Origin: a virus
Lineage: Duplodnaviria > Caudoviricetes
Length of the DNA stretch: 64,000 nt
Reading direction: 5' to 3' (one strand)
Virus record (IMG/VR): IMGVR_UViG_3300050142_000050
Span: 1-64,000 of that record
A model generated the notes under the pieces. That model saw nothing but the letters and a program-made list of their open reading frames with translations, did not search any database and was not told where the DNA came from. A program made the position numbers and the translations under genes. Below are positions 47,793-57,404 of this stretch, one piece after another; within the stretch, counting starts at the first letter, position 1, and each line of letters opens with the position of its first letter.

Positions 47793-49481
47793 ATGCTGAA
47801 CATCATCACTACAGCGACGACTGCCGGTAAACGAGAGTTTTCGGCATCGATTCGTTATCTGACTAAAGGGGAAATGTCCCCAGACGTCACGTTCATGGTG
47901 AGGTCCTTCAAGAAGTGCTCTACCCCAGAGAAGGGAGAGAAGACTGAGGACTGGGAGGACGAAAGCGACAGCGAGACTGTCAAGTCCATGTATCCTGCCA
48001 ATCTGTTCTTCAACAAGTTGACCGACGAAGAGCAGGGTGAACTCTACGACATGTATGTCAGGGTGAAAGACCTGATCGGTCGTATGAATCTGGAGAACTA
48101 CCGTGTCATCCAGGATTTGATCCGTAAGCGAGTGACACAGACGCTCAAGGTCATCAATATCGCCAATCGGTTGGTGGAGTTTGCAGCGGATCCCATCTTC
48201 CTCTATCCGGACCTGACAGAAGCCGGTAAGGGTGCAAACCACACTGAGGAGCGGACCTACCATCACGGTGACTATCTGGTCCTCACGGGTATTTCTATCC
48301 TGAGCAAGATCGTCTACCCAATCTGCGGTGAGATCCACAATCTTCCTCGTATCATCGGGGATGAGACTCTCTTCGACATGATTGGGTTGGATATCATCGA
48401 ACCCACATTGGAGTCTGGTCCTTTTGGTCCTGTATACAACAAGCTCCAGAATACCATCCGCAAGACTGTCACGACCACTTTGGAGCGCCAGGATAAGGCA
48501 CTCAACAATCAGGCTCAGGATACTCGCTTCGTCTTGAGCCACTCGGGTGGATTTAAGGGTCGTTTCATCGACTCGGTTATCGCCCACATCATCACACGTA
48601 GGATGGCTTCCTTTAGCCCGTCCACTATGGTCAGGGGAAAACGCCCCAATGCGATGGTCTTCATCGACAATGCGATTACTCGTTCGACTGTGTCGAAGAT
48701 CGCTGGTATGAAGAAAGGTATGACAGTCGTACCTCGCTGGGAACTCAGTAGTGGTGATGGTGAGCAGGATAACGCATCCATGCTCGATCACATCTCACGT
48801 TCTGGGTCCAGGCCGATCGACTACTCGGTCATCACAGCTGTGAGCGCTGAGCGTCATGTCATCCCCAAGATGCTGGCTCTCTTCGATACACCGATCGATG
48901 TGTATTTGAGTGCGCTTGAGTATTATCGTATCCATCCCTTTGAGATCTCTTGCTTCACCCAGAGTATGGCGGCATCCTTTGCTGGTATGCGCTTTGGTGG
49001 ATCCAAGTGTCTCAACTGGCTACCCAATCCCATCTATGTACAGCTGGTTACGATCATGCAAATCTGGATGGTGCAAAATGGGTTGCATCGGGTGGCTTCC
49101 TTGTGCTCTGCGATCAACTCAGAGGACATCATCGATGCTGCGGACTCGACAGTACCGATCATCGCTATCCGTGAGCGTACGCCCATGGAGAAGGAATACA
49201 CGCTGTGCGAATCCTTGTTCCGGGGTAATGTCACCCGGGAAGTCGCAGGCTCCAAGAGGCGTGGAGCTAAGAAGGAAGTCGAAACCATCGGTTTTCGTAC
49301 CCTGATTTCCGGACTCGTCGAATGGCTCGGTCAGTACTCCCATAAGGAGAACATGGCTCCGAGTATCTGGAAGCTCAGGGGTGAAGAAGACTATCCCATC
49401 CACATGTCGGAATGTACAGTCGAGTCTACAATCATGGTCGACGTATGTCGTTACTATCTGATGATGCATAGCTCGACTTGA
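47793..49481 (+). CDS. nvRNAP promoter-specificity subunit (phiKZ gp68-like)
   Basis: 562 aa; synteny after chmC; no catalytic motif available to confirm. Confidence 0.6.
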   Translation: MLNIITTATTAGKREFSASIRYLTKGEMSPDVTFMVRSFKKCSTPEKGEKTEDWEDESDSETVKSMYPANLFFNKLTDEEQGELYDMYVRVKDLIGRMNLENYRVIQDLIRKRVTQTLKVINIANRLVEFAADPIFLYPDLTEAGKGANHTEERTYHHGDYLVLTGISILSKIVYPICGEIHNLPRIIGDETLFDMIGLDIIEPTLESGPFGPVYNKLQNTIRKTVTTTLERQDKALNNQAQDTRFVLSHSGGFKGRFIDSVIAHIITRRMASFSPSTMVRGKRPNAMVFIDNAITRSTVSKIAGMKKGMTVVPRWELSSGDGEQDNASMLDHISRSGSRPIDYSVITAVSAERHVIPKMLALFDTPIDVYLSALEYYRIHPFEISCFTQSMAASFAGMRFGGSKCLNWLPNPIYVQLVTIMQIWMVQNGLHRVASLCSAINSEDIIDAADSTVPIIAIRERTPMEKEYTLCESLFRGNVTREVAGSKRRGAKKEVETIGFRTLISGLVEWLGQYSHKENMAPSIWKLRGEEDYPIHMSECTVESTIMVDVCRYYLMMHSST

Positions 49482-49503
49482 CATCTCACTAGGTGAGGTA
49501 TTT

Positions 49504-50802
49504 ATGTCGTATTCCACGATACATGCTGAGGTGCTCAAACGGGCACCTGTGGGACATGAAGAAGTAGGTTTCTCAACGATCGGGGATAGGTTAAACCTCC
49601 CCGTCGCAGAGGTGCCGACCCATGACCGATATGACGACGAAGGTGACAATCAGTCCATCGTCATGTCGGTGGGTGATCCTCTGGCTATCAGGATAGATCA
49701 CCCCCACAAAATCCTGAAGACCATGGGGATCTCCTCTAAGGGAGGTAAGGATAGTCTTACCTCCACTCTCCACTACATCTTCGATGAAAAGACAGTGGTG
49801 CCTTACCGCACCAAGATCGAGACCGGTCCTCAAGCCGGAAATGTAGTGACCCATATGCCTAACCTCAACTACATACGCTCAGCTGTATTTGGGGCCAGTG
49901 GTATCTCCACAGATTGTACCTCCGCAATCGTTGAGGAAGTGGTGAAAATTCAGCAGACTGGTAGGAGGAGTTCCTTCTCTGGCGAGTGGGCTGAGGAGAA
50001 CCTGATTCCAATCGTGGAGAGATGTCCGTCTACCAGATTGGACTTTGGATCGAGGTGGTTCCTCGACTTCGGTGATGGCCTCATCGAAGAGATGGATAAA
50101 GTCGATGGTTATTCGTTCGGGGGGAGTGATGCCGATAGGTTGGTGGATATGGTCATTCCACCGATGAAGTATCTACCCACTGCGTTCAGTTCTTACACTG
50201 AGAATGCAGCTCCGATGAACCACCTGTGGCCGCTCTACAATCGGAACTTTTCCGAATGGAACAATGGGACCCCTATCGAGATCCCCAATCTACCTCCAAA
50301 GGCGAGGTTCATGACCAACCCAACAGGGTTTCCTTCCACCCTCAACTTCCTCGATAGGTTACCCTTCACAGATGTCAATGTCGATATCCTGATGACGGTA
50401 GAGAAAGTCCATCATTTCGTCAATAGCGGCATCTACAACAGGTATAGTGGATATTCACTCCGTAACCTGGGTAACATCGAATATGACGAGCAACTCGAGC
50501 TCCTATTCCCAATCGATGTACTGCGATGGGTAGTGATGGAATTTTCAAGGAGTCCTGGGTTCCACTGGCAGGTGGCGTATGAGATAGAGACTCGTCCCAT
50601 CAAAATGAAGATCGTGAAAACGATAGGAGAAGAAGCTTCGGTCTTCATCTACGATTACGCCAGTGATGAAAAAGCAGCCCCTATCTGCGGTGCTTATTTT
50701 GACATATCTTTGGTGTCGCTTGCACCTACTTCGATCATGGATCCGTCTATCAGCGTACAACGTCCTTCCCAAGACGATCGAAGCTTCATATTACAAACAT
50801 GA
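49504..50802 (+). CDS. Hypothetical protein
   Basis: GAGGT RBS; no family recognised. Confidence 0.7.
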   Translation: MSYSTIHAEVLKRAPVGHEEVGFSTIGDRLNLPVAEVPTHDRYDDEGDNQSIVMSVGDPLAIRIDHPHKILKTMGISSKGGKDSLTSTLHYIFDEKTVVPYRTKIETGPQAGNVVTHMPNLNYIRSAVFGASGISTDCTSAIVEEVVKIQQTGRRSSFSGEWAEENLIPIVERCPSTRLDFGSRWFLDFGDGLIEEMDKVDGYSFGGSDADRLVDMVIPPMKYLPTAFSSYTENAAPMNHLWPLYNRNFSEWNNGTPIEIPNLPPKARFMTNPTGFPSTLNFLDRLPFTDVNVDILMTVEKVHHFVNSGIYNRYSGYSLRNLGNIEYDEQLELLFPIDVLRWVVMEFSRSPGFHWQVAYEIETRPIKMKIVKTIGEEASVFIYDYASDEKAAPICGAYFDISLVSLAPTSIMDPSISVQRPSQDDRSFILQT

Positions 50803-50859
50803 ACAGCTGTTGTCCTATGAAAAAGGTGCTGTTTCAATTTTCACAAACGGGAGTTAATC

Positions 50860-52623
50860 ATGTCCTTTGAAATCCCTGCATCCATGCTCAGCTCGCCAGC
50901 AATCGCGCCAGCTTCGAGCACGACTTCCGGTTTTGGTACCCCCAATATGGCTGTGGAGCATGTACCTGAGCACCATGGGAGGAGTGGGCTCATCAAGTCG
51001 ATCGGTGAGCGCGCTGTGTTCATCTACTTCTTCGAAGGGGTGCCCAATCAGTTCCTCGATCAGGCTATCCGCCCCTACCATTACAACATCGATGACCGCA
51101 CAGCTTCGGTCACGGGTGACATGGTGCAGATGGTGATGGCCGCCAAGATACCAGTCGATGCCGCAGTGAAGAATATCAGCAATACAGTGAATCTGTCCGG
51201 GGCTATTATGCCTTCGACCGACATGCGGATGCAGTTTCAAGCATCACAACTCTCGGATAACTATCGTTTCCTGATGATCACCAGCGAGCAAGTCGGGAAA
51301 CCCATCGGTAATGCTGGTGGCCCAGGTACTCGAATTCGTCGCATCTATACTGGTGTCGTGATGGGAGGTGAACCGGTATCCAAGACTCTCTTCTTGGCTG
51401 GTAGACACTCGGATGCCATCAACCCTAACGCGGGTCTCCTCATCACCCAGAAGACGGTACTGAGTAACAGGGTATCGTACAATGGACTCGGAGTGAGTGG
51501 TGATCAGGTATCCGTCCGTGAGTCGAACAGCTACTACCACGGTACGCTTGCTAAGAACATGACTGTGCACAGTGCGAACGATCTCTCGAGTCGGGTAGCT
51601 TCCCTCATGCCCAACAACGTACTCGCAGGTGTGGAACTCGATATCGAGAATGGTCAGTATCTGGCGTCTCCGAGCTACGAGCTCGACGCATCGACGGATG
51701 TCGCTGCCACGACTATCTCGAATAAGTTCCATGGCGGTAAGCTCCACATGGAAAATCTGATCGGTGGGGCAATTAACGGAAATGTCGAGAACCAACGGAC
51801 ATCGATGGGATCCTTCGGTGTGGACTCGTACAGCCGTAATTATGAGCAGTCGGCGAACATCGCGCCGCTCGAGTGCTTCCGTCATGCACTGACGCAGCAT
51901 ACTGCGCCCAGTACTTTGTCGGAGCTGGACTTCGATGAACACCAACTCGTGAATCTCCGTCAGCTCGATCAGAAGTTCGGCAATGATCTGGAGATGACCA
52001 TCGACCGTTTGAACCGCCCGATGTATTACGGCACGGCTGATCAGACTCAGAATGGTATCATCAATCAGTTGTCGACGATGCTGATCCACATGGTATCGAC
52101 AGTGATGACCGACTATGGTCTGGGTGACATGCGCTTCGACTATCGAGCCATGAAGGATCCAGTGTTCGGGAATATGGTCCCGTCATGGAACATCCAGCAC
52201 TCCGCACCGTTCTGGCCGACTGCTACTGAGACGGAAGTTCTCATGCGCACGGATGCTGCGAAGAGTGTTCTGGAGTCGACGGTCTTTAAGATGATCTTCG
52301 ATTCCTATCACGACTTCTACGTCTCCATGCGCGTGGATACGACTGGTCATTCCGCATGTCGTCTTTCCCTCGTCGAACAGGGAATGATCTCGGAGGTCGA
52401 CTTCGAGATCCCGACTGCATTGGGTGGTCTCGTATCGCCGATGATGGCTGACTCCCCGGCATTCGCCTACAACGGTGGTCGACTCATCGAGTTCTGGGAT
52501 GCGGTATCCCCGGATGCCAATCAGATCTCGAACAATCCGGATATCGTGACAGCGAATGCTGCACGCGCCGCTGTCCCGGAGTCGAACTTCCGTGACGGTC
52601 TGCGTACCGGTTGGAATATCTGA
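50860..52623 (+). CDS. picA: PicA/Imp1-like nuclear import factor (phiKZ gp69-like)
   Basis: AVFIYFF...DQAIRPYHYN resembles my recollection of the gp69 family; synteny between gp68-like and gp70-like genes. Confidence 0.5.
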   Translation: MSFEIPASMLSSPAIAPASSTTSGFGTPNMAVEHVPEHHGRSGLIKSIGERAVFIYFFEGVPNQFLDQAIRPYHYNIDDRTASVTGDMVQMVMAAKIPVDAAVKNISNTVNLSGAIMPSTDMRMQFQASQLSDNYRFLMITSEQVGKPIGNAGGPGTRIRRIYTGVVMGGEPVSKTLFLAGRHSDAINPNAGLLITQKTVLSNRVSYNGLGVSGDQVSVRESNSYYHGTLAKNMTVHSANDLSSRVASLMPNNVLAGVELDIENGQYLASPSYELDASTDVAATTISNKFHGGKLHMENLIGGAINGNVENQRTSMGSFGVDSYSRNYEQSANIAPLECFRHALTQHTAPSTLSELDFDEHQLVNLRQLDQKFGNDLEMTIDRLNRPMYYGTADQTQNGIINQLSTMLIHMVSTVMTDYGLGDMRFDYRAMKDPVFGNMVPSWNIQHSAPFWPTATETEVLMRTDAAKSVLESTVFKMIFDSYHDFYVSMRVDTTGHSACRLSLVEQGMISEVDFEIPTALGGLVSPMMADSPAFAYNGGRLIEFWDAVSPDANQISNNPDIVTANAARAAVPESNFRDGLRTGWNI

Positions 52624-52710
52624 AAAAATATTGAAATATCATCGCAAATAGTGTGACGTAGTGAGGGCAGCTGCCCTCACTACTACACTTGGAATTATGG
52701 AAGGTTATCC

Positions 52711-53970
52711 ATGGCTTACACAATCAAAGATGTGACCTCCGATTTGCGGAAGGTCTTGACCCTCACTGGTGAGGTCGATGCAGACAGTGATGGGTTTATG
52801 GTCCATCGGGATGACCGCACTCAAATCAAGCTGGTGCGCAGCAAGAAAGATGACGACTCGCGGGCTGTGGTCCTGTTCCAGGATCCTCTCCCCAAGGGTG
52901 ACAATTTCGTCTTCAATCCCTACTCAGAGTCGATGGGTAGCTCGTCTATCCCCTCGAACTTCTTCTACAAGGCGGCTCGGACCAATTTGTCCTTCACCAT
53001 GATGGACACAGTCATCTGGCTCGCCAAGGAACTGCTGGCGCACAAGAAGGCTCTGGAAGCTAAGGAGGAACATCGACTCTCCTCGGCTATCCTGCGCCTT
53101 ACGTCGGTGAAGTTGGATGGTAAGCGTGGTCAGATCATCGATGCTGTCGATGATGAGTTCATCAATGAGCTCAAGAAGATCACCGATGCGGTCGGTCCTG
53201 AACTGACCCACATCACCTATCACAATCGCCAGATGCGTGCGACGGCAGTTGTGGGCTGTCTGTCCGAGTCCACCTGGGATGAGAACTACGGTCGTGGTAT
53301 CCGCAAGAAGTCTCTCCAGGCTTTCAAGGCTCTGATCATGGGTCTCCTGGGTATCAAGACTCCTGCGGATCTCGACACAATCGAGGTTCGTTACGACGTC
53401 GACTCAGGGGCGGCTGCAAAGTTCACGACCATTGTGACTCTGTATGTGAAGATCTACTCGGGCTTTGCTGAGGTTCTGGCCAATGTTCTGATCCATGATC
53501 TGAACCTGTCCGACCTTATGGAAGTGGTGGACAATATGTCCAACGCCACTCGTCTAGCGAAGCATTCCTCACAGCCTATCCTGCCGGTGGCGTCTCCCAA
53601 GTCGACAGCCCCCGCCAATACAGCGCATGTCACCAGTCCTTCTGGCTACAGTGCGCCCGTGGTGGCATCCTACGGCGCCAATCGTTCGAACTACTCGGCA
53701 CCTGCGGTACCTGGGACGACTGTTGGTCGTTACTCGGCTCCGATGGCGGCAGCTTCGCACTACCAAGCACCTCAGGCGCACTATGCTCCGGCATATACTC
53801 CTCCGGTCAATTATGGTGCGCCCATGTATCCGCACAATCCAGCATTCGCTCCTGCGGGTTATGGCGCACCTATGGGCTATGCTGCTCCCATGCAGCCTCT
53901 ACCGTTGATGCAGACGAACAGCACCGTTCATCGTCCCGGCAACAGTGCCGCCAACCGTCGCGGTATCTAA
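52711..53970 (+). CDS. Conserved core protein (phiKZ gp70-like) with a YxAP low-complexity tail
   Basis: FNPYSE motif; synteny; Ala/Pro/Tyr-rich C-terminus. Confidence 0.55.
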   Translation: MAYTIKDVTSDLRKVLTLTGEVDADSDGFMVHRDDRTQIKLVRSKKDDDSRAVVLFQDPLPKGDNFVFNPYSESMGSSSIPSNFFYKAARTNLSFTMMDTVIWLAKELLAHKKALEAKEEHRLSSAILRLTSVKLDGKRGQIIDAVDDEFINELKKITDAVGPELTHITYHNRQMRATAVVGCLSESTWDENYGRGIRKKSLQAFKALIMGLLGIKTPADLDTIEVRYDVDSGAAAKFTTIVTLYVKIYSGFAEVLANVLIHDLNLSDLMEVVDNMSNATRLAKHSSQPILPVASPKSTAPANTAHVTSPSGYSAPVVASYGANRSNYSAPAVPGTTVGRYSAPMAAASHYQAPQAHYAPAYTPPVNYGAPMYPHNPAFAPAGYGAPMGYAAPMQPLPLMQTNSTVHRPGNSAANRRGI

Positions 53971-54023
53971 TGACAAATGGGAGGGTAGCTGATGCTACCC
54001 TCCTATCTAATCGAGGGTGATTT

Positions 54024-55217
54024 ATGATATCGGTTAACCTAGAATTACCCTTCAGTAAAATTGCATCCGAAAGTCAGCGATTCTACATCGATCGTGAGAC
54101 GATCATAAGTGGCCTACCAGGGCCTTCTTCTGTCGGAGGCGCACTTCCACCAGCAGATGGCTCTCTAACGCCTGACAGTGGCTTAAAACGCATTTCAGAC
54201 GATGTAGGGACACTGCACCTGGGATCGTGTGCGATGATACCCAGTGGGACACTCGTCAAACACATCAGCGCCCCTACGAGTTACAAGTACATATGTGAAG
54301 CTGTCTACCGGGTAGCTGGTGGTATATCGACATGTATGTATCTCACACATATCGGTCCTCTCGATCATAAGACAGGTGTGTCCACTCCTGCGGTCGAGAA
54401 GTTGACATATAGTGACAGGCCTCCTTATCGGGCGATTGGATTACCTATCCAGTCGTTACTCGATCCCACAGAGTTCGGTGTAAGGAGTGAGGTCGATAGT
54501 AAAGACTTCAACATCGTTCCTCCTATCTACGACGTGAGGGCTCTCGATAGCTTCCTCACAGGGCATCACTATATGCAGCATAGGAAGCCCTACTCGCACA
54601 ACTTCAATCCCATCAGGGGAGATATGCCGCACATCTATCGCAGTGCGGTCCATGGGGAATTCCAAGAAGATGTGAGGGGTTGGAGATACTCCTATGGTGA
54701 CGATCCATTCTTGGGTTTCGATACCCGATGTCTTTACCAGACAGTTGTGGAGAACACCAAGCACGCCACGATTGTCTACAATGAAGACCTCTTCGATGAA
54801 CCTGCTATCGATAGCGTACGGGGACTACGAGAGTCGTTCCATGTGACTGTCGATATGGACAATTGTCGATATAGGTTACCTCAATCCCACGAGCTGAATC
54901 TAGTCGACTATCTCGACCCTTATCGACTCATCTTTGGGACCACCCCTGGTAGAGATAGAAATATCGCTAACCGGATCTGCTCGATCCTCCACAAAGCCGC
55001 AAAGAGTTACTACTGCTTCCTGATCAGGAGAGGATATTTCGAGAACTGGCCAGTAGCTAGGCCAGTGACGATGACGCTGATGAAGAATCATCTCGAAGAG
55101 TTCGTTATCGTAGTGGATGATCAAAGAGTGGGTGAGACCTTCGTATTTTACACAGCAGTTCCTATTCTCATGTTGACGACATGGGCTGTGGAATCTGTAC
55201 TCGGGAAGGGCAGCTAA
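54024..55217 (+). CDS. Hypothetical protein
   Basis: GAGGG RBS; followed by a terminator. Confidence 0.65.
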   Translation: MISVNLELPFSKIASESQRFYIDRETIISGLPGPSSVGGALPPADGSLTPDSGLKRISDDVGTLHLGSCAMIPSGTLVKHISAPTSYKYICEAVYRVAGGISTCMYLTHIGPLDHKTGVSTPAVEKLTYSDRPPYRAIGLPIQSLLDPTEFGVRSEVDSKDFNIVPPIYDVRALDSFLTGHHYMQHRKPYSHNFNPIRGDMPHIYRSAVHGEFQEDVRGWRYSYGDDPFLGFDTRCLYQTVVENTKHATIVYNEDLFDEPAIDSVRGLRESFHVTVDMDNCRYRLPQSHELNLVDYLDPYRLIFGTTPGRDRNIANRICSILHKAAKSYYCFLIRRGYFENWPVARPVTMTLMKNHLEEFVIVVDDQRVGETFVFYTAVPILMLTTWAVESVLGKGS

Positions 55218-55240
55218 ATAGCGCCCTTCCTATTTTTTTT
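55204..55240 (+). terminator. Rho-independent terminator
   Basis: ggaagggc(a)gct-aaat-agcgcccttcc followed by tatttttttt. Confidence 0.8.
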
Positions 55241-55258
55241 GGTTTAAGGACTTTGCAC

Positions 55259-56293
55259 ATGACTGATCAAATGAAAGGTCCGTATTCCGTCTTCGAAGGT
55301 TATGCCGCAGAAGACTTAGGTGACAGTACGACTATCATCAAATTCGTGTCTGAAGACATCCTACCATCGAGCATCAATGGCGATATCGCAGCAGGGGTCA
55401 CCGACTCCGTGATCAATCTCAAGGATCATGCTGGTAATCCCATCACCAAGAAGATCTCGACCTCTAACCATCTACCTGCCACATGGATGGGTGGATCTAA
55501 CCGGCACAGTCCCCCTCTCATCCGAAAGGGTGAACCATTGGAGATCATCCAGTATCACGGTCAGGATAAGTACTTCTGGCGTGAGACTGGGATGGGTGGT
55601 ACATATCGGACCACCGATCGTATCTATCTCGAACTGTCATCTACTGATCCCAAAAAGCCAGGTGTGGTCAATGATGACACCAACCGATGGATCCTCTATG
55701 CTGATACTGACAAGAAGAAGTTCGGTATCCGAACGTCTATCGCTAATGGTGAGGTAGGTAAGTTCCATATCGAAGGTGATCTGACTGCTGGTACATTTAC
55801 CCTGACTGATGGTGAGGGCGATGACTCCAACAATGTCGTCTTCGATACGGGGGCTGATAGCGGTGTCCCTATATTCAGCGTGTCGCTGGGTGAGAAGGCA
55901 TCTTTCCAGATGACCAATCAGGATCTCATGATCAACATCCCTCGCAAGTTCATTGTGAAGAGCGGCGAACGAGTCTTGTTTGATTCTCCTCTCACAGTCT
56001 TCAACGAATCGAGGAAGGGCTCGATCATCTTCAATGCTCTCAATATGGCACTCAATGCCACATCATCATTGGTGATTACCTCAAGTGTCTTCTCGGCCAT
56101 CGTTTCTGCTACCAAGCTCATGGGTACCACAGTGCTCGATAAGCTGCGTGTCAGTAAGTTCGGGAAGGGACCTGTGGGGAGTGCCCCATCTCCTGTGTCA
56201 GTGGGCGATCCTTATTCAGCAGATGCCTCATCTCCGTCTGCATCACCAGATAGTGATCTAGGTACACCTGTCACTTCACTCCCCGTGGCTTAA
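55259..56293 (+). CDS. Baseplate central spike-like protein (phiKZ gp164-like)
   Basis: AAGGA RBS and ATG 55259; W...NRHSPPLIRKGE...YFW OB-fold motif followed by beta-helix-like repeats. Confidence 0.55.
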   Translation: MTDQMKGPYSVFEGYAAEDLGDSTTIIKFVSEDILPSSINGDIAAGVTDSVINLKDHAGNPITKKISTSNHLPATWMGGSNRHSPPLIRKGEPLEIIQYHGQDKYFWRETGMGGTYRTTDRIYLELSSTDPKKPGVVNDDTNRWILYADTDKKKFGIRTSIANGEVGKFHIEGDLTAGTFTLTDGEGDDSNNVVFDTGADSGVPIFSVSLGEKASFQMTNQDLMINIPRKFIVKSGERVLFDSPLTVFNESRKGSIIFNALNMALNATSSLVITSSVFSAIVSATKLMGTTVLDKLRVSKFGKGPVGSAPSPVSVGDPYSADASSPSASPDSDLGTPVTSLPVA

Positions 56294-56303
56294 GGAATAA
56301 GAA

Positions 56304-56849
56304 ATGATTTGGCCTTTTACAAAACGTCGGGATGTGATCGTCCCTGATCGAATGAGCGATATCTTCGCTGATGAATGCCGTGTGATTGAACGTCAGGTCA
56401 TTGCCTTGGCTATCAAGTTCAAGCTGGTGACTGCTGCGGATGATAAGACTGTCAAACTCAAGGTCTATGGTGAGATCGACGAGCCTTGGCGTGAAGTCGT
56501 ATTAATGACAGACTGGCGTACATTGATTGAGGCAGTGTCTGATCAGTGGTCAGGTGTCACTGAGGTGGCTGCCGGTACGAACAGTCTCATCGATGAGCGA
56601 GTCCATCCGATCAAGCTCCATGCTGAGTTCTGGAATGGGATACGTGATCTCCATCTGCGGATAGTGGGGTCAGTATCAGGTGATGCTCTGGCTACTGTCA
56701 AATCACGGATCTTCCGTGCTATGACTATCGGCTTCGATGAGAAGTTTGCCAAAGACATGTCCATCCTCATCGATGATCAGTATCCTGATCTCTGGGTAGT
56801 TGTGATGATCTCGATACTGTGTCGCAATTCCACACTCGACTATAACTGA
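56304..56849 (+). CDS. Hypothetical protein, spike-associated
   Basis: AAGGA RBS, coupled to the spike gene. Confidence 0.6.
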   Translation: MIWPFTKRRDVIVPDRMSDIFADECRVIERQVIALAIKFKLVTAADDKTVKLKVYGEIDEPWREVVLMTDWRTLIEAVSDQWSGVTEVAAGTNSLIDERVHPIKLHAEFWNGIRDLHLRIVGSVSGDALATVKSRIFRAMTIGFDEKFAKDMSILIDDQYPDLWVVVMISILCRNSTLDYN

Positions 56850-56884
56850 TATAGGTGAGGGGCGATGAGCCCCTCACCTATCTA

Positions 56885-57229
56885 TCAAATCACTTCTTCA
56901 GATTGTGAGGACATGAACTTTTGATAAAGATCACTGATGAAGCTATCCTCAGGGATAGACAGTGTGATCTGCTTACGGAACTCGAAATCATTGGGGATAC
57001 CATTGATCTTGAGGACGATCCATTCGATGTCATAGTGACGAGACATTTCCAATTTGAGGAATTGTCGCATCCGATAGGCATATCGTTCAGCTGTCTGAGG
57101 AGTCAGTTCGAATTTTGCTGAATTAGCGAGGATGTAGTCGATATGGTCATCGACGAATTGTACCCAGTCTGGATTGCTAGGACCATAGGTGAAGTCCAGA
57201 CACTGCTTGACGATTGATGTGATCGGCAC
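56885..57229 (-). CDS. Small conserved protein (LysM/baseplate-wedge-like)
   Basis: YRMRQFL...WIVLKINGI...L.IP pattern. Confidence 0.5.
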   Translation of the reverse strand: MPITSIVKQCLDFTYGPSNPDWVQFVDDHIDYILANSAKFELTPQTAERYAYRMRQFLKLEMSRHYDIEWIVLKINGIPNDFEFRKQITLSIPEDSFISDLYQKFMSSQSEEVI

Positions 57230-57301
57230 CAGTAGTCTCCATTAAATAAAATAGTTCCCACCATGCGATGGTGTGATCTTATTTCAGGGTGGTTGAAACG
57301 C

Positions 57302-57316
57302 TATATTACTACTCTG
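57302..57316 (+). promoter_or_regulatory. Putative early promoter TATATTAC-N5-TG
   Basis: tatattac tactc tg, upstream of the nvRNAP beta gene. Confidence 0.7.
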
Positions 57317-57404
57317 GAAATAGACCTGACAGGTGCTCACTTCCTCAAAATATAGGGTTCTCCAAAATAGGAGTTCTCTCTTTTCACAAAAGGGGTCAAC
57401 ACAA

